Assembly: GCA_020725175.1 (NCBI GenBank)
Contig: DYFM01000006.1
Coordinates: 2,190 to 66,189 of the forward strand
Length of the DNA: 64,000 nt
Origin: Candidatus Paceibacter sp.
GTDB lineage: Bacteria > Patescibacteriota > Patescibacteriia > Magasanikbacterales > UBA922
Reading direction: 5' to 3'
Within the stretch, counting starts at the first letter, position 1. Each line of letters opens with the position of its first letter. The position numbers were made by a program, and so were the translations under genes. Positions 1 through 9,144 of this stretch are shown here, piece after piece. Below the pieces are notes generated by a model. It did not search any database. It saw only the letters and a program-made list of their open reading frames with translations, and was not told the origin of the DNA.

Positions 1-131
1 CGATGATAAGAATAAAATATGTATTTTTAGCGATTTTACAGGCATAGTATAGCACAAAAAATCGCGTTTGTCAATCAGATGTTATAGATAACACAACCGT
101 ATCATTCACGATACGGTTGGTATATCTTCTT

Positions 132-1466
132 TTACATGATACTTACCTGCTCAACATCGATACTCACACGACCATCTGTTTCCAAGCCACGGTAGTTCAG
201 CCGCAAATTCTGATCGACCGCTCCGTTTACTTCCACATACTTATTTACCGCTCGATACAAAACAATCTGTTGAGTTTGATTGCCATGTTGTATGGTGACA
301 AGCGCGAGATCATTAGTAGCAAATGTTGGTGTTATGGTTGTTCCATTGGTCAACTGAATCTGCTTATTGAGACACACTCGAAATATCTGGTCAGCAACAC
401 CATTGACATGTTGACACGTGCTCGTTTGTTTTGGTTCTACCCGTAGTACCGCTTTCCCTTCGGCACTTTCTCCAAGATAGGTTACCACAATAGTTTGATT
501 GTTTACAGAAGAAAGTAATTCCAACTTTTGTCCTACAGCAGTAAAGCTCCAAACCGTTCGTTGCGCGTTACCAATTTGCAAGGTAGCTGTATTTGGAGAA
601 ACACTGGTCGGACGAAGCGATATCATACTATCCGCATGAGTAAATGTCTCTTTCTCACAGAGATATACAACCGGACCATTCCCTACGATATTTCCACAAA
701 CAACTGGTGGCGGGGTTGATGTTTTCTTCGTTTCAAAACGTAAGAAAATTGGAATAATATCGTCTACCTCAACCGGCATATTTGGAACAGCAGAAATTCC
801 ATCATTATTTCGAACAAACGCAACCAACATAGAATACTTCCCACGGTAGTAATCAGTCACAGTAAAATGAAATGAGTTACTGCCGGTAAAGTTGACCAGT
901 TTGGCAAGAGCTGCTACTGTTGTTTGAGTATACTTTTGAGTATCCTTGGTATCTGACGTCCAAGCAAACGCATAGGATAATGAACCACCTGTTTCCGGAC
1001 TTGCCTCTACCAACAGACTGGTCAAATTATTTTTCACCAATTGATATGTCAAGTTGCTTCCAAAACTCAATCCATCTTGATACGAAGTATATGTGCGTGG
1101 CACTCCGGTATTTGGCATTTTGTGAAGCACTTCAAGCTTGGCCAATTCGGGTTGTGCAACCGGTGGCAAACTTGGAGTAGGCGGAAGGTTGACAGGTTTC
1201 CATGAAACAAAATACGTGGTACTTGATGTACAGGAATACGTATACTGCTTTATACCATTTCCTAAGTCTTTCGTCCCATTTAGTAGTGTATAATCTGAAC
1301 CAGATGCAAGAGTGATATAAATTCCACCGGAAATATCCACGCACGATTGTACACTAACTGGATTTCCACCACTTTCCGGCAATGAAACTGCCTTCGTAAT
1401 AAGCGGTGTTACCACTAAAAGGATTGCTATTGCTCCAAAAGCGATATATGTTGTTATTTTTTTCAT
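132..1466 (-). CDS. Secreted/surface hypothetical protein with N-terminal signal peptide or anchor (MKKITTYIAFGAIAILLVV), Thr/Ser-rich, Pro-rich linker
   Basis: 444-aa ORF with hydrophobic N-terminus, AT-rich codon usage matching the neighbours; no recognisable catalytic motif. Confidence 0.5.
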   Translation of the reverse strand: MKKITTYIAFGAIAILLVVTPLITKAVSLPESGGNPVSVQSCVDISGGIYITLASGSDYTLLNGTKDLGNGIKQYTYSCTSSTTYFVSWKPVNLPPTPSLPPVAQPELAKLEVLHKMPNTGVPRTYTSYQDGLSFGSNLTYQLVKNNLTSLLVEASPETGGSLSYAFAWTSDTKDTQKYTQTTVAALAKLVNFTGSNSFHFTVTDYYRGKYSMLVAFVRNNDGISAVPNMPVEVDDIIPIFLRFETKKTSTPPPVVCGNIVGNGPVVYLCEKETFTHADSMISLRPTSVSPNTATLQIGNAQRTVWSFTAVGQKLELLSSVNNQTIVVTYLGESAEGKAVLRVEPKQTSTCQHVNGVADQIFRVCLNKQIQLTNGTTITPTFATNDLALVTIQHGNQTQQIVLYRAVNKYVEVNGAVDQNLRLNYRGLETDGRVSIDVEQVSIM

Positions 1467-1634
1467 ATTGTAAGATTAATAGTAAGAAAAGTAACAGATA
1501 CGATAGGTTTGCGATCGCTATCACCTATAGCTAACGCTGATCCGTTTTTTTTGTGACGATATACCCATCTGATCTAAGGCATATCGACATGAACTATTTT
1601 TTTTTTGCTATATTTAGCTTTTTTTAATGAATTT

Positions 1635-1787
1635 CCCCGCCGCACGTGTCCGCCTTACCTGTCCGCCTGGGGTGGAGGGTGGAAGCGGACGGGGTACCAC
1701 TATAGGAAAATCCGTAGCAAGCTACGGGGAATAAGACCCGCTTCCGCCTTGCTGTGCACGCCTGGGGCTGTGGACGGATTCAGAACA
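1635..1787. repeat. GC-rich dispersed repeat, copy A (full length about 150 nt) with internal hairpins (GTCCGC..GCGGAC; CCGTAGC-aa-GCTACGG)
   Basis: High-GC island in AT-rich intergenic DNA; about 75% identical to the copy at 23830-23985; partial copies at 5565-5627, 49108-49168 and 61587-61625. Confidence 0.6.
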
Positions 1788-1873
1788 TGTCTCTTCTCTT
1801 TTTAGTATACCCCCTAGGTACAATCTATCAACCACTTGTATCGACCTGTTTCATTGATGAGGACGTACAGAAT

Positions 1874-1902
1874 AAAAAAATAGCTTATTTCAGCTATTTT
1901 TA
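1874..1902. terminator. Hairpin plus T-run terminator (AATAGCT-tatttc-AGCTATT), flanked by A/T runs on both sides
   Basis: Perfect 7-bp stem followed by TTTTT, directly downstream of the minus-strand ORF ending at 1955. Confidence 0.4.
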
Positions 1903-1954
1903 TTTACCGCGTCTTTTGAAGGAGTATTTTTTTGAAACTTGAATCACCTTTTTT

Positions 1955-2368
1955 CTACTTCTTATCTACATCCTCAAGAAACTCATGATATGCCTTCTCG
2001 TCGTCATATGGTAAAAAATCATCATGATAATTTGGTGGACGAAATCCCGGTTTTTTGGCATGTTGAATACCGCACCAATATCGTTCAGTTGCACCAGCAA
2101 TAGCAGCCGCGTATTGAAACAAACCATTAACATATCCACAGTACATACAATTGAACTTCTCTAAAGGATTCAGGTAAGCCAACTTATGTCGATCAACTGT
2201 CACATACGTTCCACGAGATACGTACGACAATCCGTACAAAGGAAAACAAACTCTGTGATATATTTCCATACATATGTCAAACAGCACAATCGGAATAATC
2301 ATACCATATATAAAGGGTGCTGAAATGAAATGTCGCACAAACCGCTGCTGATGTTTTTTAAATTCCAT
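1955..2368 (-). CDS. Conserved hypothetical small membrane-associated protein with Cys motifs (CMYCGY...WCG)
   Basis: 137-aa ORF with an N-terminal hydrophobic segment and conserved-looking Cys/Tyr/Gly motifs; family not recognised with confidence. Confidence 0.4.
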   Translation of the reverse strand: MEFKKHQQRFVRHFISAPFIYGMIIPIVLFDICMEIYHRVCFPLYGLSYVSRGTYVTVDRHKLAYLNPLEKFNCMYCGYVNGLFQYAAAIAGATERYWCGIQHAKKPGFRPPNYHDDFLPYDDEKAYHEFLEDVDKK

Positions 2369-2377
2369 AGAAGATGT

Positions 2378-3529
2378 TTAGGAGATGGAAATAACGATCT
2401 GATGTAATTTTTGTGCGGATTGTATCCAAGAAAATTTCTTTGCTTGTCCCAACCCTCGCTGAATGTACCTCGTTCTTGTTTCTAAACTATTCATAATTCT
2501 TTCCAATCCCTGAGTCAACTCATCAACACAAAGCGGATTGATAAGATATGCTGCGCCACTGGTAACTTCCGGTAATGACGTGCGATTGGTAGTAATAACC
2601 GACGTCCCGGCAGACATCGCTTCGAGTACCGGCATTCCAAACCCTTCATATAAACTTGGGTACACGAGGCAAAGAGCTCGTTCATACAAACCCGGCTTAT
2701 CTTCTTCCGCCACATATCCGAGGTACTGTACACCGGGTGTTTTTTTTATGAGAGAATGAAGTGACCTATTTTTCCATCCAGGGGCGCCTGCCAATATACA
2801 CGCAATTCCTTTTTTTTGCAACTGTAAAACTGAATATGCCTCAAGTAACACCTCTACATGTTTTCGTGGCTCGAGCGCTCCCACAAAAAGAAGATATTGT
2901 TCTGGTAATTGATACTTCTTTTGCAGGTCATTGAAGGAACTCGTACTTTTTAACGACGGTACTCCAGGATAGACAACCTGAATTCGCTCTTCGGAAATAT
3001 GAAATGTGCGCAGTACATCCATTTTTGTTGCTTGAGAAGGGACGATGATAGCATGAGCAGATTCTGCTCGTTTTTTCGGTCGAAGTAACCAATGCCGCAA
3101 GCGTTGCTTTCGCGTGTAACACTCCGGCAGATGCTCAAACGACAAATCATGAATCGTTTGCACATGCACTACACCTTTCCGAAGAGAAGTAAAATGAAGA
3201 TTGGGAGAGAAAAACACTGAAATCCGTTCTTCTGATCCGATCCAACCCTCCTTTCGCGCTTGCTGTTCGACTACGAAATCGATTGGTAGCACCTTCAACC
3301 ACTGTACTACGTGAAACAGTTTATTTGGTATTCGGGTTTTGATCACATGAACATTTGCCTGATCCCAAACCGGAACTATACCCGAAACATCCTTCCAAGA
3401 ATTGTAAAACAAAAAATACTGACTCGTCGTATCATGTAAAAAAAGAGCGTTGAGAAGCTCGTGAGTATACCTACCTACTCCGGTCCGATTTTGTTCTGTG
3501 AGACATCGGATGTCGATGGCGATGTTCAT
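2378..3529 (-). CDS. Glycosyltransferase, GT4 family (GT-B fold)
   Basis: C-terminal EGFGMPVLEAMSAG motif (E-x7-E region) typical of GT4 enzymes. Confidence 0.8.
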   Translation of the reverse strand: MNIAIDIRCLTEQNRTGVGRYTHELLNALFLHDTTSQYFLFYNSWKDVSGIVPVWDQANVHVIKTRIPNKLFHVVQWLKVLPIDFVVEQQARKEGWIGSEERISVFFSPNLHFTSLRKGVVHVQTIHDLSFEHLPECYTRKQRLRHWLLRPKKRAESAHAIIVPSQATKMDVLRTFHISEERIQVVYPGVPSLKSTSSFNDLQKKYQLPEQYLLFVGALEPRKHVEVLLEAYSVLQLQKKGIACILAGAPGWKNRSLHSLIKKTPGVQYLGYVAEEDKPGLYERALCLVYPSLYEGFGMPVLEAMSAGTSVITTNRTSLPEVTSGAAYLINPLCVDELTQGLERIMNSLETRTRYIQRGLGQAKKFSWIQSAQKLHQIVISIS

Positions 3530-3540
3530 AATTTTATCGA

Positions 3541-3684
3541 AACAGCGAAATGACGAAATAAAGAAATAAGGTAATAGTTATGAAAGTACAATTACTAGAA
3601 CATACAATGAACATTTAATCTGTTTCGTTATTTCGTTATTTCGTTATTTCGTTATTTCGTTATTTCGTTGTTTCTTTATTTCGA
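3541..3684. repeat. Inverted pair of octamer arrays: GAAATAA-type units (3541-3570) versus a (C)GTTATTTC x6 tandem array (3621-3684)
   Basis: Direct 8-nt tandem repeats readable in the sequence; the same architecture recurs at 5501-5660, 18340-18420, 24028-24065 and 39641-39735. Confidence 0.6.
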
Positions 3685-4359
3685 TACAACAACCGCATAC
3701 CATGTATAAAATCCATATACTCCTCCCCCACTCCAAAAATCCAACAGTTCTTCTTCAGAAAGCGTCCGATTTCCCGGTAGCACCCCATTATCATCCACAG
3801 TTAACCCACTCTCTCCCGCATCATGCCACGAATCATATACATAAAATTCCTTATCTTCAAAATGAAAACCAACCAAAGTAAGATAATGTTGTACGCCTTT
3901 TTTCTCTCCCAGCAGAATAATCGGTTGTCCAGCAGATAAATTTGAGCGTAAAAACGCAATTCGTTCACTATCGGTAATAGATGCATCATGAAGTCGGAAA
4001 GATTCTGGAATAAAATCCATTTCTCTCAGCGCCTGTTCGATTCCCAGTGGATGAGTACCGTAGCGGGGAATTTGGTACGAAATTGTAGCGGCAACTTTTT
4101 CAGAGGAAATATCATTCTTTCCCAAAACTCTTGCAACCGCCGCCACACTATAGGGTCCACAGGTCGTACCGGTTTGAAGATAGTTAAACGCTGAAGGATA
4201 ATTCAACGCGACCACATCTCGCGATTCAGTAAACACCGGAGGGATCTCCCGTGTACCAGAAAAAAGTCCACTATAATAAAAAACAAACCAAGCGAAAAAG
4301 AAAAGGAGAGGGATGGAAATTGATTGTAGAATAAAAACAATATTGACCGGTGAACGCAT
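3676..4359 (-). CDS. Membrane-anchored C39-like (papain-fold) cysteine peptidase domain protein
   Basis: TTCGPYSVAAVARVLG (Cys) ... QHYLTLVGFH ... VYDSWHD (His) pattern of Peptidase_C39_2; N-terminal TM segment. Start moved to the internal Met (MRSPV) to avoid overlap with the upstream gene. Confidence 0.55.
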   Translation of the reverse strand: MRSPVNIVFILQSISIPLLFFFAWFVFYYSGLFSGTREIPPVFTESRDVVALNYPSAFNYLQTGTTCGPYSVAAVARVLGKNDISSEKVAATISYQIPRYGTHPLGIEQALREMDFIPESFRLHDASITDSERIAFLRSNLSAGQPIILLGEKKGVQHYLTLVGFHFEDKEFYVYDSWHDAGESGLTVDDNGVLPGNRTLSEEELLDFWSGGGVYGFYTWYAVVVSK

Positions 4360-4360
4360 A

Positions 4361-5494
4361 CTAATGAAGTGGTAGCTGACACTGATTGAGCCCTTGTTTA
4401 TGTTCTTCGTACACTGATTCAACGTACCCTCTCATTCGTTTTTTAAAATGTGTTTCATCAAACGACTCCGCCCATGTACGAATTTTTTTCGTATCCCATT
4501 GTTCAGGCTTAAATGATAAAATAACATGAAGAAGTGTTTCCCACTCTTGCCGATAAAACAACTGACCAGTCAGTCCCGGAATTACCGTCTCAGTAGCGCC
4601 ACCAACACCATACGCAATGACCGGACGACCACTCGCCATAGACTCAACAACCGTGAGACCAAAATCCTCTACTTGAGGATTGAGAAACGCCAGCGCATGT
4701 CGCATAAGATGAGCTTTTTTGGTTTCCGAAACACGTCCCAAAAATTCAATGTTTGGTTTGGCATACTTCTTCAACGTATTGAGAGCCGGCCCATCGCCAA
4801 AAATTTTTAACGGTGTTCCGAGACGGTTGAATACTTGGATCAAAAGATCAAACCGTTTGTATGGTACCACTCTTCCTCCGGCTAAAAAATAATTTCCCAA
4901 CGTTTCTGTTTCATCAATCGGAAAAAACGTCGCTGTGTTAATCGGAGGGTATAACAAATCACTTGGACGACGATAATATTTCTGAATCCTCTGTTGCACG
5001 GTACGAGAATTGGCGAGAAACCGGTCAACCCGATCCACACTCATTTTATCCCACAGTCGCCATCGATGAATAAACTGCGGCAAAAGCGACTTAACGATCG
5101 GTCCATAACGCAACTCTTCCAGATATTCATGTGTATCAGTCCACAGGTACCGCGTTGGAGTGTGACAGTAGGAAATATGGAGTGTGTCCGGGCGTGTAAG
5201 CACCCCTTTGGCAAACGCACTGGTTGATGACACCACCACATCAAACTCATGTAAATTATGTCGTTCGGTAGCAATAGGCATGAGCGCGGTATACCATTGA
5301 TAATGTGTCTTTCCAAATGGTAACTTGGCGATAAACGACTCTCGTACATCACGACCCACAAACTGAGGGAGTTTTTTCCTGTCATGAAACAAGACAAAAA
5401 TAGGCGCTTCCGGCCACAATTCATGAAATGATTGAAGAACACGCTCCGCTCCCCCATCCTGAGAGAGGTAGTCATGCACGAGGGCGATTTTCAT
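4361..5494 (-). CDS. Glycosyltransferase, GT4 family
   Basis: N-terminus MKIALVHDYL..GGAERV, typical of GT4; C-terminal GT-B domain. Start set at MKIALV. Confidence 0.8.
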   Translation of the reverse strand: MKIALVHDYLSQDGGAERVLQSFHELWPEAPIFVLFHDRKKLPQFVGRDVRESFIAKLPFGKTHYQWYTALMPIATERHNLHEFDVVVSSTSAFAKGVLTRPDTLHISYCHTPTRYLWTDTHEYLEELRYGPIVKSLLPQFIHRWRLWDKMSVDRVDRFLANSRTVQQRIQKYYRRPSDLLYPPINTATFFPIDETETLGNYFLAGGRVVPYKRFDLLIQVFNRLGTPLKIFGDGPALNTLKKYAKPNIEFLGRVSETKKAHLMRHALAFLNPQVEDFGLTVVESMASGRPVIAYGVGGATETVIPGLTGQLFYRQEWETLLHVILSFKPEQWDTKKIRTWAESFDETHFKKRMRGYVESVYEEHKQGLNQCQLPLH

Positions 5495-5564
5495 AATTAG
5501 TTCGAAATATCGAAACAAAGAAATAGCGAAATAAATTGATTGACATAAAGAAATGTGCGTTATT

Positions 5565-5627
5565 TCCCCGACCCAGACAGGTCCGCCTTGCCTGTCCGCC
5601 TAGGGTGGGGACGGAGTTACTTCTTTA
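5565..5627. repeat. GC-rich dispersed repeat, partial copy C, flanked by octamer arrays
   Basis: CCCCGACCCAGACAGGTCCGCCTTGCCTGTCCGCCTAGGGTGGGGACGGAG shares the GTCCGCC-TNGGGTGGGG core with copies A and B. Confidence 0.5.
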
Positions 5628-5655
5628 TTTTTTTATTTCTTATTTCATTATTTCG

Positions 5656-7074
5656 TTATTCCACCTTCCGTTTCCGAAACAACACAAATGGTGTTTTAAT
5701 GAAAATAACAAAATCCAACATCACACTCCATTTTTCCGTATAAAAAATATCAAGCTTCACCTCTTCTTCAAAATCAAGGTCACTGCGTCCGGAGATTTGA
5801 GCAAGTCCGGTGATGCCTGGCTTCAACGTAAACACTGTAGGGTACATTGCCTCATACGCCTTCACCTCACGGGGCTGGTGCGGACGTGGCCCGACAATAC
5901 TCATCTCACCTCGCAACACATTCCAAAATTGTGGTAACTCATCTATACTCCAGCGACGAATAAACCGACCAAACGGAGTTACACGTGGATCATTGATAAT
6001 TTTATATATCGGACCTTTACGGCTATTATTCTTCTTGATCAATTCTTGTTCTTTTTTTTCAGCCAATGTTCCGTTTTCTCCAAATTGAGAACCAGTAGAA
6101 TCTTTTTGATACATCGAGCGAAACTTGAGCGTAAAAAATCGTTGCCCCCGAATACCAACTCGTTCATTGCGATAAATTATTGGACGACCGGTTTCAAGAA
6201 GAATCGTGATAGCGGCAACAAGAAATATCGGGCTGGTGAGTATAAGAACAACGATACTCAACAGAATATCAAACAACCGTTTTTCTACTCTTCCCCAGCC
6301 ATCAAGCGGTGTTTTTCGGAGTTCTACCACTGGCACTCCGGCAATGGGGTACATGGTCATATTTCCAGAAAGTGTCGCAAACAAATCGGCTGAATATTTG
6401 AATAAAATATGTCGCAAGTTACAAAACTCAATCGCTTTGAGTGCTTCTTCTTCTCTCCCTCTCGGGTTTGCAAAAACCAGCTCATCCAAGCGTGCTTCGT
6501 GCAATTTTTTTATTGTTGTACCTGTAAATGATTTGTAATTTCCCACCAACTGGTATCCAAGTTCTCGGCGAGTTTGAAATGCCGTGATAATTGTCTCAGC
6601 AACCGCGTCATCTCCAATAACGGCTACTCGACGAAGTCCTAGCCCATGGCGATACATGAGAGATTTTGCTCCTCGTATGAGCAATCTGCCAATACTCACA
6701 TACACTACTGCAAATGCCCATCCGGCTGCCACTAAGAACCGAGAATCAAATTCTTCATTGGCAAACATGACATAAATCGCAACTGCCGCCAATCCGACAG
6801 TACAGGCACTCAGTACGCGTTGCAAATCTTTAGCCATTTTGCGATTTGGATCCGTGGAATAGAGTCCGGCAAAAGCAAAGATAACCAACCAACCCACTCC
6901 TACCAGCCACACAATGTTGAGAAATTCCACTAATGAAAGTTTGAAGAGTACCGGTCGTAGTGTCACCGCCCAATCACTAAATCGAAGGGCATACGCTGAA
7001 ACCCCCGCCAACAATAACATAATAAAATCAATTGGCACCTGGAGAATCATGAGAAAAAGTTCTGCGCGCTTCAT
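5656..7074 (-). CDS. Undecaprenyl-phosphate sugar phosphotransferase (bacterial sugar transferase, WbaP/EpsL-like)
   Basis: Multi-TM N-terminus; C-terminal bacterial sugar-transferase domain (PRPHQPREV..KPGITGLAQISGRSDL..DIFY). Confidence 0.8.
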   Translation of the reverse strand: MKRAELFLMILQVPIDFIMLLLAGVSAYALRFSDWAVTLRPVLFKLSLVEFLNIVWLVGVGWLVIFAFAGLYSTDPNRKMAKDLQRVLSACTVGLAAVAIYVMFANEEFDSRFLVAAGWAFAVVYVSIGRLLIRGAKSLMYRHGLGLRRVAVIGDDAVAETIITAFQTRRELGYQLVGNYKSFTGTTIKKLHEARLDELVFANPRGREEEALKAIEFCNLRHILFKYSADLFATLSGNMTMYPIAGVPVVELRKTPLDGWGRVEKRLFDILLSIVVLILTSPIFLVAAITILLETGRPIIYRNERVGIRGQRFFTLKFRSMYQKDSTGSQFGENGTLAEKKEQELIKKNNSRKGPIYKIINDPRVTPFGRFIRRWSIDELPQFWNVLRGEMSIVGPRPHQPREVKAYEAMYPTVFTLKPGITGLAQISGRSDLDFEEEVKLDIFYTEKWSVMLDFVIFIKTPFVLFRKRKVE

Positions 7075-7135
7075 AAAAAAAGAAGTAAAATACGTGCCAC
7101 TATCATACTCCTTTTTTCCTCAGCCGTCAAAGCAA

Positions 7136-7161
7136 AAACCGGCCAATCTGACCGGTTTTTT
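7136..7161. terminator. Hairpin plus T-run terminator (AAACCGGCCAATCTGACCGGTTTTTT), ends the RNase P RNA on the minus strand
   Basis: CCGG..CCGG stem with T-runs on both strands. Confidence 0.5.
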
Positions 7162-7163
7162 AT

Positions 7164-7559
7164 AGACAATTGAGAATAAGCCGAATTTTGTATCCCAAAA
7201 TAATTGGGAGGTAATCATTTCTCTTGCTCTACCATTACTGATAGAGTCATAAACGAGCCAACTTTCCATCCCGACAAGTCGGGACGCTGCTCTTTCTCCA
7301 GGTAGGGTTTACCATCCCGACTGAGTCGGGAAGCATTGTCGCCTTTTATCTAGAACAAAAGACATCAATGCACTTTTCACCTTTCTCCCGACAATGTCGG
7401 GATAGTATTGTCTCTGTGGCACTGTCCCGTTCTATACCTTACGGTATAGAAGGTGGGTGTTACCCACTACCCTTTTCCTCAGTGTTAAACACCAAGAGGA
7501 GTTCGGACTTTCCTCACCACCCCTCGAAAGAGGTGGAGCGATTACCATGTCAATTGTCT
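7164..7559 (-). ncRNA. rnpB: RNase P RNA (bacterial type), about 396 nt
   Basis: On the minus strand: GAGGAAAGUCCGAACUCC (CR-I) and AAUUCGGCUUAUUC (CR-V). The P4 strands AG(U)CCGAA / UUCGGCU pair with covariation relative to E. coli GG/CC. P1 is formed by AGACAAUUG (5') and CAAUUGUCU (3'); a P3 hairpin CCACCUCUUUCGAGGGGUGG is present. Confidence 0.75.
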
Positions 7560-7571
7560 TGTGCTCAGGAG

Positions 7572-7654
7572 AGGATTTGAACCTCCACAGGGCGAACCCC
7601 GCTACCACCTCAAGGTAGTGCGTCTACCATTCCGCCACCTGAGCATATAATCAC
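7572..7654 (-). tRNA. tRNA-Leu (anticodon GAG), long variable arm
   Basis: Cloverleaf: acceptor GCUCAGG/CCUGAGC, D-arm GCGGAAUGGUAGACGC, anticodon loop UUGAGGU, variable hairpin CGGGGUUCGCCCUG, T-loop UUCAAAU; CCA not encoded. Confidence 0.85.
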
Positions 7655-7744
7655 CATTGATTACACGGATTCTATCGTGGATTACACAGACACAAAGCAT
7701 CTATCGAATATCAGTGTAATCTACAATAATCAGTGGAATCAATG

Positions 7745-8515
7745 TCAAAATCGCCTTTCTTTCCCCACAATCATGCGGATTCTTCCTTTTGCGAGACGAA
7801 TTTTTATTTTTGTTTCTTTAGATTGTTTTCCATCTGCCATCACCACAAATGGTTTACTGCCTGTCACCAACATTTCTTCAAATGGAAATATACTGGGATC
7901 TTCGTATACTTCTTTGAAAATTCCTTTCCCAATCATTGGACGCAAGAACGCTTCCAGTTTTCCATCCTGCGGGTGTACCACGAGATCCGGTGTTTTGGAA
8001 CGTTTTTTTTCAAACCAATAAAATGGTTGAAGGTTACAAACAACCAGTTCCATTTTGCCGTACTTAGCGGACACGCGAAATCGTTCATCGTACTGCACCT
8101 CAATATCACTCGGTGGAATGTGAAGTTGTGAAATAAAGTAGCGATTGTTCATCCAACCGATATCGAGTGCTACTACCCGACGCCGAGACAACATGTCGCA
8201 TGCTCCAACACCAACCGGTATTCCCAACACCTCAGCAATCGTGTTGTCCGGGCCAATCGGTAAAAACCCAAACGTGGTATCACACGTAGCCGCGTGAGAA
8301 AGAACTTGGCCAAACGTGGCATCGTTTCCAACAATAACCACGGTTTTAGCTCCGCGCTTGATCTCGTCGGTTATCACTGCTTCGGCACTGGTATAGTGCT
8401 GTAGCCGCAATATTTTACCAGCAATTCCATAATCTGTCAACCGTGTTTCCACCGCTTTTATGACCGCGTCAAACTTTTTTTGACGCAAAAAATTGTCGTA
8501 CAGATACACATACAT
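7745..8515 (-). CDS. Diacylglycerol/lipid kinase catalytic-domain family protein (DAGK_cat-like)
   Basis: VIVGNDATFGQVL motif resembling the GGDGT nucleotide-binding loop of DAGK/YegS/NAD-kinase-type kinases. Confidence 0.5.
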   Translation of the reverse strand: MYVYLYDNFLRQKKFDAVIKAVETRLTDYGIAGKILRLQHYTSAEAVITDEIKRGAKTVVIVGNDATFGQVLSHAATCDTTFGFLPIGPDNTIAEVLGIPVGVGACDMLSRRRVVALDIGWMNNRYFISQLHIPPSDIEVQYDERFRVSAKYGKMELVVCNLQPFYWFEKKRSKTPDLVVHPQDGKLEAFLRPMIGKGIFKEVYEDPSIFPFEEMLVTGSKPFVVMADGKQSKETKIKIRLAKGRIRMIVGKERRF

Positions 8516-8533
8516 AGCGGTGTCGTCTAGAGA

Positions 8534-9088
8534 TTAGACTGTATCCTCATCCCCTCCCTCTTCTTCAAGTGACATAGTATCCTCTACCGGACGTCTGGTT
8601 CGCGCTCGAGCACCTACTCGACGCTTTTCTCCCGGTACATCTATATCCAATCCGTCCATAGAAATTTTTCCCTGAATCAAAGCCCCTGGCTGTACCGCGA
8701 GACTACTGCAATATACATCACCCAAAATCTGCGCCGAACTGGTAATTTCGAGCTTTTCAGCGACCCGAATATTTCCTTTTACCTGTCCGGAAATAACCGC
8801 GTTAGCCGCCTTAACACTCGCATTGATACGAGCACCTTGCTCTATATGCACCGTCTGACTGGTTTCCACACTTCCAGTAACCGATCCTTTGATAATGATA
8901 TTTCCCTCAGAAGTAAAGTCTCCTTCTACATTCATGGATGGACCAACGACAGTTTCCACAGAATCTTGCTCATATGTATGTCGAGTAGGCTCTTCATCAA
9001 ATGAAGGACTGGAAGAAAAGTTTGAAGCAGAAGGTTTTTGAAACATAAAAAAGGAGTTAAAAAACGTATACCACACAGTATACGTCAA
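8534..9088 (-). CDS. Bactofilin (polymer-forming cytoskeletal protein, DUF583)
   Basis: Repetitive beta-helix motifs GNIIIKGSVTGSVET..IEQGARINASVKA..ISGQVKGNIRVAEKLEI; acidic C-terminal tail. Start uncertain (alternative Met at 9046). Confidence 0.7.
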   Translation of the reverse strand: MTYTVWYTFFNSFFMFQKPSASNFSSSPSFDEEPTRHTYEQDSVETVVGPSMNVEGDFTSEGNIIIKGSVTGSVETSQTVHIEQGARINASVKAANAVISGQVKGNIRVAEKLEITSSAQILGDVYCSSLAVQPGALIQGKISMDGLDIDVPGEKRRVGARARTRRPVEDTMSLEEEGGDEDTV

Positions 9089-9144
9089 AAATAAAAAAAA
9101 GACAATAATCTATTGAATACGAAAATTGTTCACCGAAAGTATTC

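Noticed and set aside
2515-2759. Short antisense or overlapping ORFs inside genes (for example 2515-2733, 2538-2759, 27003-27500, 31197-32300)
   Set aside because: They are embedded in the opposite strand or alternative frames of well-supported genes and have no independent signals, so they are treated as spurious.
3621-3684. Possible CRISPR array suggested by regular short repeats
   Set aside because: Repeat period is 8 nt with no unique spacers and no cas genes; these are simple octamer tandem arrays.
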